NCBI GenBank assembly: GCA_951406725.2
Contig: OX597819.1
Location: 61,690,001 to 61,754,000 of the forward strand
Source: Octopus vulgaris
Lineage: Eukaryota
Reading direction: 5' to 3'
Length of the DNA stretch: 64,000 nt
The position numbers were made by a program, and so were the translations under genes. Within the stretch, counting starts at the first letter, position 1. Each line of letters opens with the position of its first letter. Of the stretch, positions 50,309-63,305 are shown one piece after another. Under the pieces are notes generated by a model that worked only from the letters and a program-made list of their open reading frames with translations, was not told where the DNA came from and did not search any database.

Positions 50309-50690
50309 ATTCTTTTCTCCTCTAGGCACAAGGCCTGAAATTTTGGAGGGGGGCAGTCGATCAGATCGACCCCAGTGCGCAGCTGGTACTTAATTTATCG
50401 ACCTTGAAAGGATGAAAGGCAAAGTCGACCTAGGCGGAACTTGAACTCAGAACGTAAAGACAGACAAAATACCGCTAAGCATTTCATCCGGCATGGTAAC
50501 GTTTCTTATTTCTTTATGGTCCACAAGGGCTAAACATAGAGGGGACAAACAAAGAGATTAAGTCGATTACATCGACCCCAGTGCGTAACTGGATTCTTAA
50601 TTTATCGACCCCGAAAGGAATTTGAACTCAGAACGTAAAGACAGGCGAAATGCCGTTAAGTATTTCGCCCGGCGTGCTAACGTTTCTGCT
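50309..50690 (-). mobile_element. SINE family A dimer
   Basis: Two reverse-complement units with internal deletions. Confidence 0.85.
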
Positions 50691-51149
50691 CACTGCATTA
50701 TAACAAGGACATATTACAAAAGCGGTGAAGGCGGATCCACAGCTCCACAAGTAATAGATATACGAAAAATAACGGCAAAGATAAAGAACAAAAGGGAAAA
50801 TTATGGGAAATGCAGTCCAATGAGTAAAGTGATTTTGAAAGAAGTAAAGGTAACCTTGACACCAGTCTGGAATCCCAAAGACTCCAACTACCTCTACTAT
50901 CAAGGGCAGGTTCTCTTGACCGGTGTACAAACACTTGCCTGGTGTGGGCCCATTGATGCGAGATATACTAGCCACTCTCGTCCACCTTTTAAGAAATAAA
51001 CTGAAGAGCAGCAACTACCTCTCTGCCTAAATTTCTCTTCAAGAAGTTTACTTCAAATTGATGAAAGATTAGTTGAAGAGGAAAATGTATGCAATCTACT
51101 TGAGTATCCGTAGTCAACGCTGTGAAATGACCCGATCTTGCTTAGTATT

Positions 51150-51262
51150 AGGGTGAGAATTTTAGGGTTAGGGTTAGGGTTTTTGGTTAAGGTTAGTGCT
51201 AGTGTTTTGGGTTATGGTTAGGGTTAGGGTTTAGGATTAGGGTGCTTTAGATTAGGGTTAGA
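51150..51262 (+). repeat. Degenerate interstitial (TTAGGG)n tract
   Basis: TTAGGGTTAGGGTTAGGG...GGTTAGGGTTAGGGTTTAGGATTAGGG. Confidence 0.8.
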
Positions 51263-52124
51263 CTGCACGCTAAAGCGTAAACGATCCCGTAGATCGCACG
51301 GTAAAGTAACATCGGAAAATGTCTACATTCAGTTTCTTTCACCAAACTATCTACCCTTACTTTAGACATTTAAGGAAAACTTCCTGCTTTTCCTGGCCAA
51401 AGAAAGCTGAGAGGGCGATCTAAAATAATTATTTCTTCCGAGGGCACAAGGCCAGACGTTTAGGGAATGGCTATAGTCGATTATATTGACCTCAGCACTT
51501 GACTGACCCTTTATTTTATTGATCTCGAAAGATCGATAAAAAGCAAAGTTGACTTTGATTTGATTTGATCTTTCTTCCTGTGTTAAATAATATACCATAA
51601 GCGAGTTAGTTGTTAATTCATTTCAAAGATTGTGTTTAATATTTAGAAGTATCAGAGGAACTGGGTATTTTTTATTGTTATATTTGGGGACAGTCATTTT
51701 GCCAATAAACACACGCACTAGTTATTTGATCTTCTCTTTAGCTTTACTTTTATTATTTGTTTATTCGTCAAAGTTCTAAGACCTCGTGTCTCTTCTCTTT
51801 GGTCTTGTCCTGTCTATTCCATTTTGTCTTTATTATCATCATTATTATTTTTTATGTATATGTTACACTGACCTGAAATTTAAATTTTATAAGTTCATTT
51901 CCGCTTATTATGAAAAATGAAAAATAAAAGTAGTAATAACCTGAAAATCTCATGCAGGCATTTTTGAATGGCCGGAAGAAAGATATTTAAGGGAACAAAC
52001 GACTGCAAAAATTTGCCAGATGGTATATCAAATAAAATAAATAAAATATAGTGAGGACAGGAATTGGTTTCTAAGACATATTGGACAGTGCAAGTTTTAT
52101 CAAAACAAAAAATAAAATAATAAC

Positions 52125-52182
<58 letters not shown>

Positions 52183-52192
52183 GTAATAGTAA

Positions 52193-53051
52193 TCATGTAT
52201 ATTGTTTTGTCTTGGTATAAAAGATGGGCTACAGCAAATATTCTGCTCAACACCACAGATTTGCTTGTCAGTTGTTTGACCTTAACCAGTTGACTATGCC
52301 CCATTAGTGACTGACGATATGTGCATCTCTGATCATGAGCAGAAGTAGTGGGGGAGCATCATAGCCGTGTGTTGAAAGGAATTCTTGGAGGTTTGGATAA
52401 TTCACCTTTGGAAACAAGGCTGTTTCGTTCAACATCCTTAAACAATCCTTATTCAGGGACCTTTTGAGCAGGATGGGCTACTCGACCAGAAGAAAATTCT
52501 AACTGGGCCCCACCTGCAAGGTCACGCGCTGTTTATCATGATACTAGCAGTATCGCCCGGCGTTGCTCAGGTTTGTAAGGGAAATAACTATAAAGCATTT
52601 TTAGAGAGTTATAGCCCCAAAAAAATGGAAAAAAAATGATGGTAAATTTTTTTTGAGAGTAAAAAAGGTGGAGTTGCGTCCCCTAGATAGTTTGCGGTTT
52701 GTGTTTCTGATTCTCGACCCCATGTCGAATTTATCGATTTTGTTCAGAACTGGGGGAACTTTTCAAAATTTTCGCTGCGTTAGTTTTGAATTATGATATT
52801 GGGCTATGTGTGTGTCAAGTTTCATCAGAATCGGTTGAAAGCCGTGGTCAGGGTGAGGGTACAAGCAAATAGACACACAGAAACACGCACAGACAAACTG
52901 CCGTTTATATAGAGAGAGATGAGATCACCATGTCGCGCACATATGGTTGTGATGCATGTGCCAGGTGTACCCTTATCAGACGGGTATACTGGGCTTCGTA
53001 TATTTTACCCCAGTGTCACCTTGAAGGCATGCACTGCTCTCTCACTCACTC

Positions 53052-53052
<1 letters not shown>
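52193..53052 (+). mobile_element. Second copy of the (TAA)n-associated non-autonomous element, split by a Helitron
   Basis: Colinear with the reverse complement of 9273-9750 once 52544-52919 is removed; ends in (AAT)n. Confidence 0.9.
52544..52919 (-). mobile_element. Non-autonomous Lep1-like Helitron (376 bp)
   Basis: Minus strand begins TC and ends CTAG, with an imperfect GC-rich subterminal hairpin. Inserted precisely between A and T with no TSD; the empty site TGATA|TGAGATCACC is seen in the 9.4-kb paralog. Confidence 0.92.
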
Positions 53053-53086
<34 letters not shown>

Positions 53087-53306
53087 TCACGCAAAGGAAG
53101 TTTTTAAATGTTATAATAAGACAAAACTGGGTGAACAGTTTTCTGTCCATGTGTGTCTGTGTATGTAATGTGAAAAGCAACAGATTGAGATCGATTTAAC
53201 ACACTAGTATGTAATATATAGAAATGAAAATATGCACCTAAAGAGGTGAATATAAATACGCATATCATATATTTTGGTTTATAAATATTATCGACTATGA
53301 AAGTCG

Positions 53307-53345
<39 letters not shown>

Positions 53346-53469
53346 TCTAAGCTAAATTATCGATTTGTAACTGTTATGTCAGTTAAATTGTCAGATTTAT
53401 CTTTGAATGAATATTGGTAGATAAACAAATATATACGTTTTGTTTTTGTATCTGGTTTATATATATATA

Positions 53470-53516
<47 letters not shown>

Positions 53517-53517
<1 letters not shown>

Positions 53518-53618
53518 GTAAGATACGGTGTACATTTAAACACATGAGAAATCCACTCAGGGGATTCAACACGCTAGAGTGGATTCCTCATGTGTTTAAG
53601 TGTACACTGTATCTTATG
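53517..53618. repeat. 42-bp-arm inverted repeat (hairpin)
   Basis: CGTAAGATACGGTGTACATTTAAACACATGAGAAATCCACTC / GAGTGGATTCCTCATGTGTTTAAGTGTACACTGTATCTTATG, 18-nt loop. Confidence 0.92.
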
Positions 53619-53722
53619 ACTAATACATAGTCTTTGGGACTAAATTTTTACGTTAGACCACTGGAAATGTCAATTTTAATTAACTTCCATTTCCCTTTGA
53701 TATGATTAAATATATCTATACA

Positions 53723-53808
<86 letters not shown>

Positions 53809-53839
53809 TATATATACATACATACATATATATATATAT

Positions 53840-53895
<56 letters not shown>

Positions 53896-54544
53896 ATACA
53901 TACATATGCATATACATATATATATATGTATGTATGTATGTATGTATGAGAGTACCGGACGAATTATCCAGCAAGTTTGGAACCGGAAGTGTCTCGGATT
54001 TCTGGATTTTCCGGTTTCCTGAAGACACCTTAAACACATACTTAAAATATAAAATAAACTACGAAAATTAAAGAACTAAATTGTATTTAACAGATTCAAA
54101 TTATTACTTCTAAAGCACGGTCTCTTTTACTTTTACTGATCCATTAAAATATTCTTGTAATATATCATACCGTACCACGCATACGGTATTATGTTTAGAC
54201 GAAAAGTAAATGAAGAAAAATAAAGAACATGATTTTATTTAACAGATTCAAGTGCAAATTAACGCAGTATAGTAAAGCAGAGTATGTTCAATTTTTATCA
54301 ATCCACAGTAGAGAACAAAACTATTTTTAACACACCGTTTGCAAATTAACCAACTTCAAAATACAGGTTACGGTATATTGGAATGTAGTTCCCAGATTTC
54401 TGGAAGCCGGATAGGGAGTCTGGCATATGTAAATATATATATATACATTATGTGTGTGTGCGTTATATATATAAATATATATTATGTGCTTACGACAATA
54501 TCAGAGTTAAGTCTTTTCCATGAGAAAACCCAACGGTAAATGTT

Positions 54545-54760
54545 TGTTGTTCGGTAATGTTCGTGTAAATTCGGTAGGATAATCACGAGTGTAGCGGAAG
54601 TAAGCGGTAACTACCGAACTTAGTCGTCAGCCCTCGCTCTCACACCGAGACTTTATCTTGAACAGTCGGCGGGGCGGTGTTGTTTGTGGAGTGTCAGTCG
54701 TCGCTGTCTCTGTTTCTCTGTTTCTCTCTCGCTCGCGTTCTCTCTCTGTCTCTTCTGGAG
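54545..54760 (+). promoter_or_regulatory. Putative alpha-actinin core promoter
   Basis: Locally CpG-rich, repeat-free segment about 500-650 bp upstream of the ATG. Contains ETS-like GCGGAAGT (54594-54601), GC box GGGGCGG (54671-54677), Inr-like TCAGTC (54694-54699), then a pyrimidine/CT-rich leader. Confidence 0.6.
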
Positions 54761-55205
54761 ATTGAACCCAACTCAAGACGAGCACAAAAAATCTGAGATA
54801 CATCATTGATAAAAAAAATATATATTCTAGCTATATATTATATGTTTATATAGAGGAGAGAAGCTATAGCTGGTGGTGTTATACGTTGGCTACTTAATTC
54901 CTGTCGGCGCCTGTCTTTTTTTCTTGTCACCAACTTTCATATTCTCTCACATATACACTCACACACACATACATATCCTGAAATCAACAGCAACAATTTG
55001 CTTTAACACACACACATATAAACACACTCACTCACACACACACTCTCGCATAGCATTCTTTTAATGAAAAAGAGGAGACATCATTAAAAGTTGTAAAAGC
55101 ATTGCGTGTAGTAGTGTTTGGTGGTGTCGGTCGTTGCCCCCTGGGAATATCTTCATTTATTTCTCTCACTCTGTCTTGGTAACTAATACCTAACGTGTTT
55201 CGAAC

Positions 55206-55304
55206 ATGTCCGATGGCCAGTATAGCGATGGATACATGGAAGAGGAGGAGGAATGGGACCGAGAAGGTTTACTCGATCCCGCCTGGGAGAAACAGCAGAA
55301 AAAG
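55206..55304 (+). CDS. Actn: Alpha-actinin, first coding exon (33 aa, phase-0 intron follows)
   Basis: Translates [33 protein letters not shown], matching the conserved alpha-actinin N-terminus ([29 protein letters not shown]). It ends at AAG|GTCAGT, a canonical donor at the position of intron 1 in vertebrate ACTN genes. No TFTAWCNSHL exon was seen in the rest of the window. Confidence 0.95.
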
Positions 55305-55358
55305 GTCAGTTTCATTTCACTGAAATTTTTTCTCTTCTCTCCTTCCGCTCTCATTCCT

Positions 55359-55397
<39 letters not shown>

Positions 55398-56827
55398 TAT
55401 TGCTTACATATATATACACACATAGCGTACACATCACACAATTAAAAGTAGACTAAAACATACATGCATATCTATACATGTATACGCATATTCAACTCAC
55501 AAATATACATACATACACACACACGCTAGCCCTCCCAAATCTCTACCATTGTGTACTATAAAATAATCTACCTAACCTTTAACCTTGACTCTTGAGCAGA
55601 TCAAATAAATTCACAGTTAGCACTCACACATCTTGTATTATTCAGTAACCCGAATTTATTATAAAAGTATATACGCACTAACGTTTATTATAAACTCACT
55701 CGCAAAACTTGCATTTTTGATTTACACCCTTCAGAATGTCTCCATCTACAAGATTCCCTATCACTGCCGACGATGATCATTAATCCAGACCGGTATGCTA
55801 AGGGTTTCCTTTTTATCCCATCAACTTGGCATAAGTCCAATATTTGTATGGGAGAAACTATAAACGATTGAATTAAGTAGGGAGAAAAAAAAAACGAAAA
55901 ACAGTATAATGTAACTTGTATATATTTATCAACATTTCTCCTAAAGAGAGGGAAGGCTTCGGCTACCAGGTTAATATCTTGAACTTGGAGCCCGAAATGG
56001 TCGATCGTTTACAGTCTTGGCAATCGCCATATATCGCCGATCAGAAAAACACACATCCAGCCAGCAGGTGTCTTCTTTAATTCACATCTTCGATGTATAC
56101 CTTGTACCCGATACACCCCCAACTGCTAGGAGTGCGCGACCAGAAACCAGCACACTTCTTTCTTGCCCCCTTTGTATCATGACCAAAACTAACCCCCCAG
56201 ATCTCGTTTGTACTAAGCCACCTTCAAGAAATACTCGAGGCTAGCTCCTTAATTTAATTAGTATCATTTCCCTTTTGTTAATTTAACACACACGCACAAC
56301 ACAAAAACCATTTCAAACATTTTCACAGACGAGCGGTCCCTTTAATTTCTTTTTTCTTTTTTTCTTCTTACTTTGATATTTTGATTCTTTCTTGTATGTG
56401 TTTAATAAAATTTTTACTTTCCCTCGCGAAACTACATAACTTTCGCCAGATCTATCATTTTATTTCTATCTTCCAATATTTATAATATCAACAAATATCT
56501 ACCACCGCCTAAAAAAATGAATTGTTGAATTCATGGCCATTAACGATGTTATATTTTCTCAACCATCGTATAAGCATTCAACGTATTTTTCTTCAATATT
56601 GACCTTTATGTCTATAATAAAGTCCTTCGTGATTCAAATTTTTTCCCACCTTAATGTTTATATATATCTATATAATAAAAGTCCTTAGTACTTAAATATT
56701 TTTCTCTCCACCCCCATCTTATCGTATAACAATATAAAATCGTTCCTGCTTCAATTTTTCCCATCTGTTAATCTCCGGCTATCTCACATTTTGCCGATCT
56801 TTCTACGACTTAGTACCTGTTCAGATA

Positions 56828-56898
<71 letters not shown>

Positions 56899-56979
56899 TT
56901 GTTGCTTATTTTGATTTTAATCACCTAATTTTGAAATTGTATAGATAATACTGTACTAAATTCTGGTGCCTCATCTGAA

Positions 56980-57052
<73 letters not shown>

Positions 57053-58675
57053 ATGTGTGTGTGAAAATGTATATAATATATATATGTGTATATATTTATC
57101 TAGACGTGTGTGTATAACTGATATATTCTATACACATTTACACAAATTCGGAAAAAAAATGTATATATATATATATATATACACATACGTAGAAGTGAGG
57201 TGTGCCTATATGAAATGACAGAATTTCTTGTGTAGTAGTAGTATAAATTTAGAAAATAATAACTTCGTTTATAAGCAGTTTTATTTGCTCATATTTCACT
57301 TGTCTCGTATATTATTTGGACTGGTGATCACCACCATTATACTTCTAGATATTATTTCTTATCACAAATGAAACTTGCAAGTCTGGTTAATTAGTTTAGA
57401 TCGTACTTGTCCTAGTTTTAAAAAAAAAAGTGTTTAAATCATTTTATACGTTATATATTTCTCACACGCACATGTACATATATATACACACGTTTGAGTG
57501 TACAATTAGACATGTATATTGTATATATATATATATATATATATACATATATATACACACGTTTATATACATACATTCTGTTAAAGTCGCTTATTGCTAT
57601 TAAAAACGCTTTCCCTTCCGATTGATCACAATATGCGACTTACTATATATATGCAGATAGATAGATAGATAGATAGATAGATTGGTAGAACGTATGTGCG
57701 TGTTAGCATACGTATGTGTCTATGTATGGACGTGTACATATATGTGTGTGTGTCTACATTCGAAATAATCTTGGTCTTGTAGTTTAGTTGCCTGTTGTGT
57801 GTCACACGGCTCCACTGCTTTATTGATCAATCGCAAAAGTGACGAATTTGGAGGGGGGACATTTTGACTCATCCTGAAGCCCTTAACACTTTTTAGACGG
57901 TACAACTTCTTAGAATGTCTGTCATCTGCCCCCCCCCCCTTTTTTTTTCTTTCTTTCTTGTGCATTCATTCCCTTTCTTGTGCGCATTCCTTCCTCATCT
58001 GATGAATTACTATGTCATTTGTATAGTTAGTTGTATGGTTGTTCGAAGTCATTGGAATCTGAGCCATCACCTACTTTCTCATTCTTTACAAATCTGGTTG
58101 CACTATCTATTCTTCTGTGATTCTGTGACAAGATTCTTTTGAAGCTGTTGTCCCTATTTTATGAATAAAGCAGCGTCATACATACATACATACTCATTTA
58201 TAGATATACATTGTCTCTCAGATATACACTAACACAACACACACACATATATATATATACACATACACATGCACACAGATACACACACATACGTGTGTGT
58301 ATGTATCCTTCCTTCCTTCCAATAGTCTTTTACAATCTTTCCTTCCCTTGTAAAGCGTTCATCACCAACAAAAGCATCATCTTCATTCTCAATCGATTTT
58401 ATTTTGATTCTTCATCATGTTTTCCTCTGTTTTCTGTCTTTCTCTTTTAATAAATTAACCTACTTTCCTTATTAAAGTTATATATTTTGAAGAATATTCA
58501 TGCAAATATTTTTACATTTGCGAATCGAAGAAATAAAGTAATAAGTACATATATTTTAAGATGTGACGAAAAGCTAGCTTCAACGTAATTAAACCTTCAT
58601 ATATATATATATATACACTGTTGTGTCGGCAGAGATGTTCTCTTGTAGTGCCTTATAATTTATCACACTCACCGG

Positions 58676-58717
<42 letters not shown>

Positions 58718-58719
58718 CC

Positions 58720-58850
58720 GTCCCCGTAACTTAGCGGTTCGGCAATAGTGACCGATAGTCTTACAAAGATTAAGTCCTGGAGTCGATTTGCTCAACTAAA
58801 AGCGGTGCTCCAGCATGGCCACTGTCAAATGACTGAAACAGGTAAAAGAG
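58720..58850 (+). mobile_element. SINE family B 3' fragment
   Basis: GTCCCCGTAACTTAGCGGTTCGGCAA...GACTGAAACAGGTAAAAGAG. Confidence 0.85.
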
Positions 58851-59664
58851 TATATATATATATATATATATATATAGTCCATGTAATATATACACACATA
58901 TGCGTGTGAATGTATACGTATAGTGTGTGTATAGAGTGAGGGAAAGGAGTGTGTGTAAGGCTCTCTCATTCAACGGAAACTAGTACCATCAAATTTTATA
59001 TGTTGCTATGATGGCTCTACAGCCACTCACCAACCCTTTTTTTTTATATTACTATCTGTCAGCTCGAAGCACCGTTGGTTGTCGCCGCCAGTAATAAACG
59101 CCATTTAAATATTAAATGCCACTAAATTATCTGGCTTGTTGCTTTCATCGTGTTTATTTTCCGCCAAAATTTTAAATTGCCATAGCTATATATATATATT
59201 ATATATATAATGGTGGTGGTACAGTCAGGTCTATATACGCTGCACTTATAAACTTACATTCCAAGACTAGTGACTAATGAATTTAAATCAATGTCATCGT
59301 GTTTCAGCAACTGGATCGAGTTTAAAATAAGTTTTATCTCACTATCTCTATCTTCGCTACTATCTTTCTCTCTACGGGAAAGAAAGAAAATAATATTAAA
59401 AAAAATAAAGAATAACATAACACACGTGGATCTATATAAGGCCTTTTTGGTAGATTTAAGCATGGTCTATGTATTATCGATATTATTATTATCATCAATA
59501 TTATAAATAATTAAGTTATGCTTAATAACGATCGTTATGTATTTGAATGCCCCACCCTGTTAATCCGTCACGATTATTCAGTATTCACAAATTGCTTCCA
59601 GTTTTATCCTACTTTCTTCCCGTCTGTCACCTTTGCTGTCTTTCACACCTGTAATAATTTACTC

Positions 59665-59795
59665 AGTGTTCGACTTTGCCTTTCATTCTTTCGGCGTCGA
59701 TAAATCAAGTACCAGTTGCGTACTGGAGTCGATCTAATCGACTGCCCTCCTCCCCCAAAATTTCGGGCCTCGTGCCTAGAGTAGAAAAGAATATT
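59665..59795 (+). mobile_element. SINE family A 3' fragment
   Basis: CGACTTTGCCTTTCATTCTTTCGG...CCCCCAAAATTTCGGGCC...AGTAGAAAAGAAT. Confidence 0.85.
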
Positions 59796-60129
59796 ACTCT
59801 GTGTGTGTGGTGTTTACTTCCTCCCTATATATTATATACACTCACGCACATTTTACGAATTCCTTGCACATGCATTCATGCTGTATCGACGTGATCTCGG
59901 CTAGATTTGCGCCCGTTTTTCCATGTCGGCGTGGTTGTTGGTCAAAGATCAACGCACACCCTATGTAATGTATGTGTGCGCATACACACGCGCGCACACA
60001 TAGTTTAAAGCGCTAAAAGTCGATTCCTTCTCTATTCTGAGTGCTAACATTCGCAAATTAGCAATTGTGTATGTGTGTGTATAAAAACACACCCACCCTA
60101 GTGTATAGATAAGAATATCTATCTATCTA

Positions 60130-60172
<43 letters not shown>

Positions 60173-61326
60173 TCACATTCATGTATGAGAATATAAATTC
60201 ATACATACACACACATTAACCGTATGTCTGTCGGCATGCATGCTCGCTTTTGCTCTCTTTCTTTCTAACCAGGTGTGTTATATTCTAAAAACCACAAACT
60301 GTTCGGCATACGGCATGCCCAAAAATGGCAACGGTGGTGAGGTGCCGAAAGTAGTTATTTCTTTATTGAAATGCTTTTCTTCTTCTACCCACCAACTATC
60401 CACCGTCAACCTTATGAAAATGATGATACTGTTGCTTGTTTGGTTGCAACTACTACTGACTCATATCTTGAATATCTGATGAACAGCTCGTCATAGCCTT
60501 TCCCTCACACGCTTCCTCTCGCCTCTCCCTTCTCTTGCTACTACTATTACTACTACTGCTACATCAAATTCTTCACTTTATTGTGCATTTCTAATGTTAG
60601 ATGTACCCCTTTTGCAAATTTTCCAAGCTGCATAATCTCATGCATTACTGCTACAGACAGCCAGACTCCATTCTAGCATGCACATATGAGTGTGTGTGTG
60701 TGTGTGTGTGTGTGTTAAACAGAAGCAGTATTGCATATGTGTTATGCATCTACTTGTTCTCAAAGGAGTATATTAGCCATGCTCAGAGAGAACATTTGTG
60801 GATGTGTGAAGTGTGACAGATTCACACCAAATTCTATTTTATCATGGAGACAAGAATTATTACTTGTGTGAACTAGTTTCATCCCAGATATTTTAGAAGG
60901 AATGAATGAATGAAGTTATAAACTAGAATCAGTGAATGGGTGCTTTACACCAGACATGAAAATTTACCCCATTTGGAGTCTCTCTGAATAGTAGGGACTT
61001 GGAAAGGTTTATATATATATATCTATATAATTATTTTCCTTTTGTCTCCTTCTGTTATTGTGAATTTATACATTATTATGAGTTATTGTTGATCTGCAGT
61101 AATAAGCAGTTACATTTTGGGAAATAAGAATATTTTCACAAAACAAATATCGGTACGTCAGATATATAACAGTTCTTGGTTTATTAAAATTATCTCCACC
61201 TCTAGTGGGTGTATCATAATTACCGAATGGCAATTAAGACCAGTTTTCACGTGAGAGTTTCAAGAATTCTCAGAAGTTGATATACCATTAAGAAGTACAG
61301 GCTTATTGTCTGGAGATAAGAGGAGA

Positions 61327-61371
61327 GTCTTGGACACGTGTTTCTGGCTCAGTAACCGTCATCAGCACGAC
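61327..61371 (-). ncRNA. Minimal type I hammerhead ribozyme motif, antisense in actinin intron 1
   Basis: Minus strand: GTCGTG-CTGATGA-CGGTTACTGAGCCA-GAAA-CACGTG-TC-CAAGAC; stem I 5/6 bp, stem II GGTT/AGCC, palindromic ACACGTGT helix III, GUC triplet. Confidence 0.7.
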
Positions 61372-63002
61372 AGCTATCCAACCTTATCTACGTGTGTGTG
61401 TGTGTACAAGTGTGTATATATGAGAGACAATCTGATATGTAATATCCTTTTATATACTTAGCTGTATGGCCGTGTGTATGCACAAACATTTGGGTGGATA
61501 TTAATCCACATGGACATTAGCATGTAACAACGGAATGGATTTGTAACTTGTATTCAAAAGCTCATAATTTTTTTACCATTCTTCAGATACTTCCCCAAGT
61601 CAAACTTTGGGTCATACTAGCAGAAGCAGAAAGATTTACTGGTCTCTAAGAAGATGGTTTAAACTTGCAGATTATTTACCAGCCATTAAGTATATCTTAG
61701 TTAATACAACCAGCATAAAATAAGTTAATGAGATTTTTAATCATGCTATGGAGTTGAGGAGGGACAGTTTCAAGTAATTATTATTTTTCTAGGTTGCCCA
61801 TTCATCTTTTCTAACCTACTAGTCTTTTGTGTTAGTTGCTCAGCCTGCTAGAAATAGCAGCCAGCTATCATATCCTGCTGTCCTAAAAAGGTAAAAAGGA
61901 TACATTATGATTGGAAAAAAAGAAATTGAAAAAAACAAAAACAAACAAAAAAACAAAACAAATCAAAAAATACTTGATGATCACAGCTGGAATAAATACT
62001 TTTGATCATAAGTTTACTTGATCAGCAGTGTACTTTTGGAGGGAGTGGAAGAGCGGGAAGGCAAGCAAATACCAGGCCTTCTAATAGGTTCAATGTCCTC
62101 CTCTTCGTTTTTTTCTTAAATGGAAAGGCAATATTGAGTAATCTCAATGGAAAATGTCTTCAAATAGTTAAGGATTGGCCTTAAGCATACAACAAAACCG
62201 GAAGTGTGACTGCTTGCAAGAAAGTAGAGAAAAAGGATATTTTCATTGAAAATTATTTCCACTAGGCTCAATTATATAAACCCCCTCCTCTCTCTCTCTT
62301 TCTCTGTTGGCATAAGCTATGTGTGTTTATTATACACATACATGTGTGTGTAATTTAGATTCTACCGAAAGAGAAGTGTTTCAGTTAGAAAGCTTACTCA
62401 GTCGGTTGTGAATTCAATTATAATTTCATCATCACACTTGCTAACAAAAGTTAGAGAGCCCATAAATGTTTACATATTTTATACGTATGTAAGAAACCTT
62501 TTAATAGGTGTAATTATGAAATCGAGAAAGTAAAATAGCAGCGTCCATAAATATTGATCCCTAATCAAAGACATTAATTGAACTGCTGCATATTATTTGA
62601 TATATTCTATATCGGCTGCAATAGTCCTTTAATATTTAAACAATTCTTTCTCCATTCATAGCCATTGCTGTACATGTATCTCCTGTAAACTAACCAAACA
62701 TTGAGTGTATTCATGTCTCTACATAGCCATTTTATTTCTACAGAAACTAATTGATTATTGGGTCATAAGTTTTTAGCTAAAATCTATACAGATATTTTAT
62801 TTATGTTATACACCTTACAGTATCTGATATGTTACCTAACCGATGGGTAAACACACTAGCGTGTTAACTGAAACTGGTTGTGTCTTTCTATCCAAGGAGA
62901 AAAATTTCATTTGCTTAACATAAAAAAAAAACTAGTCTTTAAAAAGTCTCCCCTCCACTACTGTCTGGTCTAGGAAGTTTCTTTTTTATTATTTACCATA
63001 GT

Positions 63003-63305
63003 TGTTTGTTCCTTCTTGAGCTATGCCTGGCTCATAAGGGCCAGTTTCCTGGTTTCATTGGCATATAGGTCCCCCACTTGGATGGGACACTAGTCCATTG
63101 TAGGTGAGCTGCTAGATGCAGGAGGTAAGGTTGAGAGAAAGTTGTGGCAAAAGAGTCATCAGAAGTTCGCAATTACCTTCTGCTGGAGCCGTGTGGAGCT
63201 TGGGTGTTTTACTCATAAACACACACACATTATCTGGTCTGAGATTCGAACCTGCAATCCCTTGACCACGAATCTGCTGCGCTAACTACTAGGTCATGTG
63301 CCACC
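63003..63305 (-). mobile_element. SINE family C
   Basis: Reverse-complement homolog of 25190-25487; a 3' fragment is also at 20362-20460. Confidence 0.8.

Noticed and set aside
382-50690. Recurrent 'RNWYLIDRPRKDERQSRPRRNLNSERNGRRN' peptides and regularly repeated units suggesting a gene family or CRISPR array
   Set aside because: Antisense translation of SINE A; units are ~200 bp without unique spacers, there are no cas genes, and the context is eukaryotic.
53950-54430. Possible pogo/Tigger-like MITE remnant
   Set aside because: Terminal repeats too diverged and TSD unclear to support a call.
55305-55445. C-terminal 46 aa of the 79-aa ORF at 55206
   Set aside because: Read-through into intron 1 past the GT donor; actinin similarity stops at QQKK.
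58673-58720. CGGTAATA(TA)nTATTACCG palindrome
   Set aside because: Mostly self-complementary (TA)n with only ~6 bp of unique arms, at a SINE truncation point.
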